From assembly GCF_020745735.1 (NCBI RefSeq), contig NC_083408.1, forward strand, positions 99,416,484 to 99,480,483: a DNA stretch of 64,000 nt, in the 5' to 3' direction. The DNA comes from Hemiscyllium ocellatum (lineage: Eukaryota). Shown here piece by piece: positions 59,316 to 64,000 of the stretch. Position numbers and translations under genes: made by a program. Position 1 is the stretch's first letter, and every line of letters starts with the position of its first letter. Under the pieces are notes generated by a model. The model saw only the letters and a program-made list of their open reading frames with translations. It had not been told where the DNA came from and did not search any database.

Positions 59316-59397
59316 ACATTATGACACACTGGCCACAGGAATAATATATTTTCATCGTTTCTATATGTTTCATTCCTTCAAGCAATTTCCACGATAT
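59316..59397 (+). CDS. CCNK: Cyclin K second coding exon
   Basis: Translates (L)[27 protein letters not shown]. 82 nt; GTAAGT donor. Confidence 0.96.
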
Positions 59398-60682
59398 GTA
59401 AGTACTGACCGTTATTCCAAATGAAACTAATGTGATGATAGCATTGCTTTGTTATAGTTTTCTGAACAACAGTAAACTTCTGTTGAAGTAATTAATGGCA
59501 TTACACAAGCACCCTATAAAACAAACTTTCAAACCAAGCAATGTGAGGTGATATTAGTGCTGTGAATGAGAAGCTTGGCATAACAGGTAGCATTTTAGGA
59601 ACATTTTGAAGAGTGAAGGAGAGGTAAAAGTTTGGAAAGAGAATACCTGGGTGTGGAGCTGAGGCATGAACACCAAAGGTGAACATATTTAAATCAGGGA
59701 CACCAGAACTGAATGGAGCAGACAATTTGGGGCTAAGGTAGACTCCCAAGGGTACAGAGAACACAGTGGAGTTTGATTTTTTTTCGAGGGGGAGCATTTT
59801 AAATCTAGGCATCTGCTTAGCCAAGAGCTGTCATGGCTCAGCAAGCATTAGAGTGACAGGTGGGCAACACTTGGTGTGAAGGTTGATGTGGACAGCAGTG
59901 TTGTGTATGATGTTAAGTTGTCCACCAGAGATTACCATCATCTTGAGGTGATGAGAGCCAATCAGTAACTAAAACCATGTCGATGAGGGCCACAAGTTCT
60001 GAAACAACTGACAAACTCCAAGCAATAGTATGAATCCTTGAGACTTGAACCTTGTAAACAATATGTTTTAAGATTTCTCTTCCTCCCACTTAAAGTATAC
60101 ATCTTATGACAAATCGAAAACAAGCTGTAGAGAACCCTTTCATTGTAATCTTAGGATGGAAATTAAGGTTGAAATATTATCCATGTTGGTATTGTAGAGT
60201 CTCTCTGTACACACTGGTTTTCTTCTCTGATTGTACTTGTCTGTTGTTTGTATCATTCAAAGCAATGTTCTGCATTGATTTGTACTCTGACAGGCCAGGC
60301 AGTTTGTCGTGATAAGTGCAAACTCCACCAGTATCAGTAACATTGTCTGAGACACTAGTTATAGAGTAATATTGCCTCAGGTTGAATAATTTACTGTTCA
60401 GTTGAAGCAAGGGCTTGGTATGGGAAAATAAAAAAGCAAACTACATTTTTTAAAAATTCTGCAGTTTGCAGCCTCTGTCCGTAAACAACACTGGTACGTT
60501 AAAAGAAATTTTGTAACAAAATTTCATTGTGTTCTGGTTGGACGCATAAGGCCTATACCCGCTGATAGAATATTGTCTTGTTGAGGTACTCTTTCCAAAT
60601 CAATTAATATTGGGTATCACGTAAAGCTCCTAAACCTTAAATTGATGTATTTTTAGAATTTAACTTTTTTTTTATTTTTTAG

Positions 60683-60814
60683 GTTACAGGAGCCTGCTGT
60701 CTCTTCCTGGCTGGGAAAGTAGAAGAGACTCCTAAAAAGTGTAAAGACATCATTAAAACCGCTCGGAGTTTGCTGAATGATGTACAGTTTTCACAGTTTG
60801 GAGATGATCCCAAG
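60683..60814 (+). CDS. CCNK: Cyclin K third coding exon
   Basis: Translates [44 protein letters not shown]. 132 nt; poly-T+AG acceptor, GT donor. Confidence 0.96.
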
Positions 60815-62009
60815 GTTATTGCTAATTGTAGTTTTTAAAAATACATATATGAGCAATGTGGTGAGTCATAAAGAAAAGTACAACACAAGGAGGTTATTCA
60901 GCACAATGTGTCTATGCTAATTGACAAAGAGCTACCCAGTATTAACTCCCCTTCCTGCTCTTGATCCATTTCTATGCAGGTCATGGCTCTTCAAGTAGAC
61001 ATGCAAGCACTTTTTCAATGTGGTGGGAGTTTCTGCCTCTCTTGCCCTTTCAGGCAGAATGTTCCAGTTGTCTACCACTCTAAGAGGAAAGATGTTTTAA
61101 GTACTAGAAAAATTGAGCTATATTGGTGTTCCATTGTACTTTCTTCTGTAGCATAGAGTCATGCAGGTCCTCCGACAATATTTCGTGGTGTTAAAAAAAT
61201 GTTGGTGTAAACAAAGATAATTTTATTCGAAGTGTGATTGACTAACATTGAGTGTTCCTTGATGGAACAGTGTAAACCTACTTTTATCTTTACTGAACTG
61301 AAGTTGTTCTTGAGCTAAGTATCTTTGCACTTATTTTTCTTAAGAGGATATTGTACATCTGCAAATTCAGTCCAAGTGCTCCTTTTGATTTGGTCCACAA
61401 GCTTATTTTGAAAAGGAAAAGAGGAGAGTGGAAAAATAGAAGACCACATTTTGCAGAATAGGATCCAGAACATTTCATTTGTTTGAGAGTTTGTTTCGCT
61501 CAACTCATTGTTCTGTGGCCGCTTCTGCAGTGATGCTTAAAGATAAATGTGGCCCTCCCACTTTGCAGTGACAGACTGTTCATTCTGTTGATTGGTACTT
61601 GGACTCTATTAATATCAAAAGCAGAGTTACTGCTGGAACAAAACTTCACAATAGGTAAGCAGAGAAATGCAAAACAAAAGTTTAAAAAGAATAGCAAACT
61701 TTTAAAAACAGCAATGGGACATTTTGTGCTCAGTTGACTTGATGTACAAGCAATCCAGCAAAGCCTGATACCTTTTTTATTTTGTCTATGGGATAGATCG
61801 TATTGAATGGATGACCAATTCAGTCAGGAATTGTATTGTAAATGAATTTCTGAAAAAGGTCATTCTGGTCAGTATGTCCAGTGAAGCAGACATTTTCTGT
61901 ATGCATTTGGTTTAGAGAAACTGTTCTTAGTCTGTTTACTCCGTTGCAAATATTGCAATAACATGACAAGAATGTACTATATTTTATCTTCCTCCATAAG
62001 AACGTATGT

Positions 62010-62850
62010 TGTCGGAGCAGAAGTAAGTGATTCAACCCATGGAGTCTGCTTCATCTTTCAATGAAATCATGGCTGATCTGATAATCCTCAAATCCACTTT
62101 ATTGCCTTATCCCTGAAACCCTTGATTCCCTTAATGATTAAAAATCTGTCTATCGCTGTCTTAAATGCATTTAATTAACTGGCCATAGCAATCTTCTATA
62201 GTAAAGAATTCCACAGATTCACTACTTTCTGAGATTATGTGCTTTAGTCCTAAATCCTCCCACAAGGGAAAACAACCTCTGCATCTACCATGTCATTCCC
62301 ATTTATAAACCTATGTTTCAATGATTAATTCTTCTGAACTCCATTGAGTGCAAGCCCCACCTATTCAACCTTTCCACACAAGAAAATGCTTCCATTCGTG
62401 GAATCAACTGGACTACTCCAGTGCCATTAAACTTTAGCTAAGATTATCAAAACTGTTCACAGCATTTCAGGTGTGGTCTGACTAATGCGTTGTATGGTTT
62501 TAGCAAGATCTCTCTATTTTATTATTCCATTCCCTATGAAATATAAATTCTCAATCCATTTGACTTGCTTATTAATGGCTGAACTTACATGCTAGCTTTC
62601 TTTGACTCCGATACAAGACAGCTGAATCCCCTTCTGCAGGTTTCTGAAGTCTTTCCCCATTCAAATAATACTCTGCTCTTCTCTTCCCGCTAAACAGCAT
62701 AGCCTCTTGTTTTCTTATTATATTCTATCTGCCTAGTTTTTGCCCACACGCTTGACCTATCTATGGCGCTCTGCAGACTTCTTGTCATCCTACTATTGCT
62801 TGCTCTCCCATATATGTTTGTGTCATCTGCAAATTTGATAGTATATTCAC
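62010..62850 (-). mobile_element. Old CR1 3' fragment
   Basis: TGTCATCTGCAAA (reverse FADD) and a 3' UTR related to 40350-40990. Confidence 0.7.
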
Positions 62851-63129
62851 TTCTGTGATTCTATTTTTGGGCATAGTTTGTTTTAAAACTAAATACTAAT
62901 CTGTGGTGGAGCTGCCTCATGGGGCCAAATAACATACTCCTATTTTTCTCATTTGTACAGTAATGTTAAATCAAATAGTTTCAGAACAGATATGCTGTTT
63001 AGCAGTAAACGCTATATGAAAAGGAATAATGTAGTCCTAAGCATGCATGTCATTACCATACTATAATTTTAAAACAGAGTAGCCATGTTTTTACTTATTG
63101 TGTTTCTTTTCATCTTGTTTTTAAATTAG

Positions 63130-63235
63130 GAAGAAGTCATGGTACTGGAGAGGATTTTATTACAGACAATTAAATTTGACTTGCAGGTTGAACATCCCTA
63201 TCAGTTCTTGCTTAAGTATGCTAAACAGCTTAAAG
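63130..63235 (+). CDS. CCNK: Cyclin K fourth coding exon; gene continues past window end
   Basis: Translates [35 protein letters not shown](G). 106 nt; AG/GT boundaries. Confidence 0.96.
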
Positions 63236-63394
63236 GTACTGGAATTAAATGTTTATGCAGAATCTCTGTAATTTCAATTTATTGTTTGTCAGTTTTGTTT
63301 TTAAACACTGATTAGAATGGAAAGCATATTTCAAACAAAACTTAAACAGCTATCCCCTGAATACCATGTTTCTGAAGATAATAATTGTAACAGT

Positions 63395-64000
63395 GTACAT
63401 AGAACAGTACAACTCAGGAATAGGTCTTTTGGCCCACCATGTCTGAACAAACTATGATATTCAAAACTAATCCCATCTGCCTGTACATGGTCCATACCCC
63501 TCTATTCCCTGCCTATTCAAGTGTCTGTCTAAATGCCTCTTAAACGTTGCTATCGTATCCACATCTACCATCTCCCTCAAGCAACGCATTCCAAACTTCT
63601 ATGTAGAAAATAAATCTTCCTTGCAAATCTCTTTTAAACTTTCCCACTCTCACTTAAACCTATGCCCCCTAGATTTTGACATTTCAATACTGGGAAAAAG
63701 GATCTGACTATCCACCCCATCCATGCCTCTCACTTTATATACTTCTATCATGTTGCCCCTCAACCTCCAATGCTGTAGCAAAAACAATCCATATTTGACC
63801 AATTTTTCCTTTGTAGATAATAAACTCCAATCTAGGCGACATCATTTTTCGCACCTTCCAAAGCCTCCACATCCTTCCTATAGAGTGTTGGCCAGAACTG
63901 CAATAATACTCCAAATTTTACTGAATTAAAGTTTTATACAGCTGCAACATGATAGGCTAACTTTTATACCCTTTGCCACAATTGATGAAGGTATGCATGC
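63395..64000 (-). mobile_element. CR1 3' fragment running off the window end
   Basis: CATAGAAC tail repeat and reverse-complement CR1 C-terminal coding pattern. Confidence 0.8.

Overview
Eukaryotic, repeat-rich vertebrate genomic DNA, most likely a shark (inferred from HE1-like tRNA/CR1-tail SINEs and dense CR1 LINEs). It holds the 5' ends of two head-to-head genes sharing a CpG-rich promoter at ~51.3-52.4 kb. SETD3 is on the minus strand, with three coding exons for aa 1-115; the gene continues beyond position 1. CCNK (cyclin K) is on the plus strand, with four coding exons for aa 1-172 and one U12-type intron. The introns are filled with nested retroelements: a complete but decayed Gypsy LTR element with Gmr1-type gene order (6329-14847, 4-bp TSD), many CR1 copies, a Tx1/L1 remnant, a Rex1/Babar fragment, SINEs and two tRNA pseudogenes. 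The most striking signal is a set of Penelope-derived insertions. One is a near-perfect 2-kb palindrome encoding a GIY-YIG endonuclease; the others are short (140-270 bp) mostly fold-back elements of at least three sequence families. They carry minimal hammerhead ribozyme motifs, an asymmetric 3' tail and 11-16 bp target-site duplications. Exon, LTR, TSD and hammerhead coordinates were read base by base; boundaries of decayed repeats are approximate. No database searches were run.
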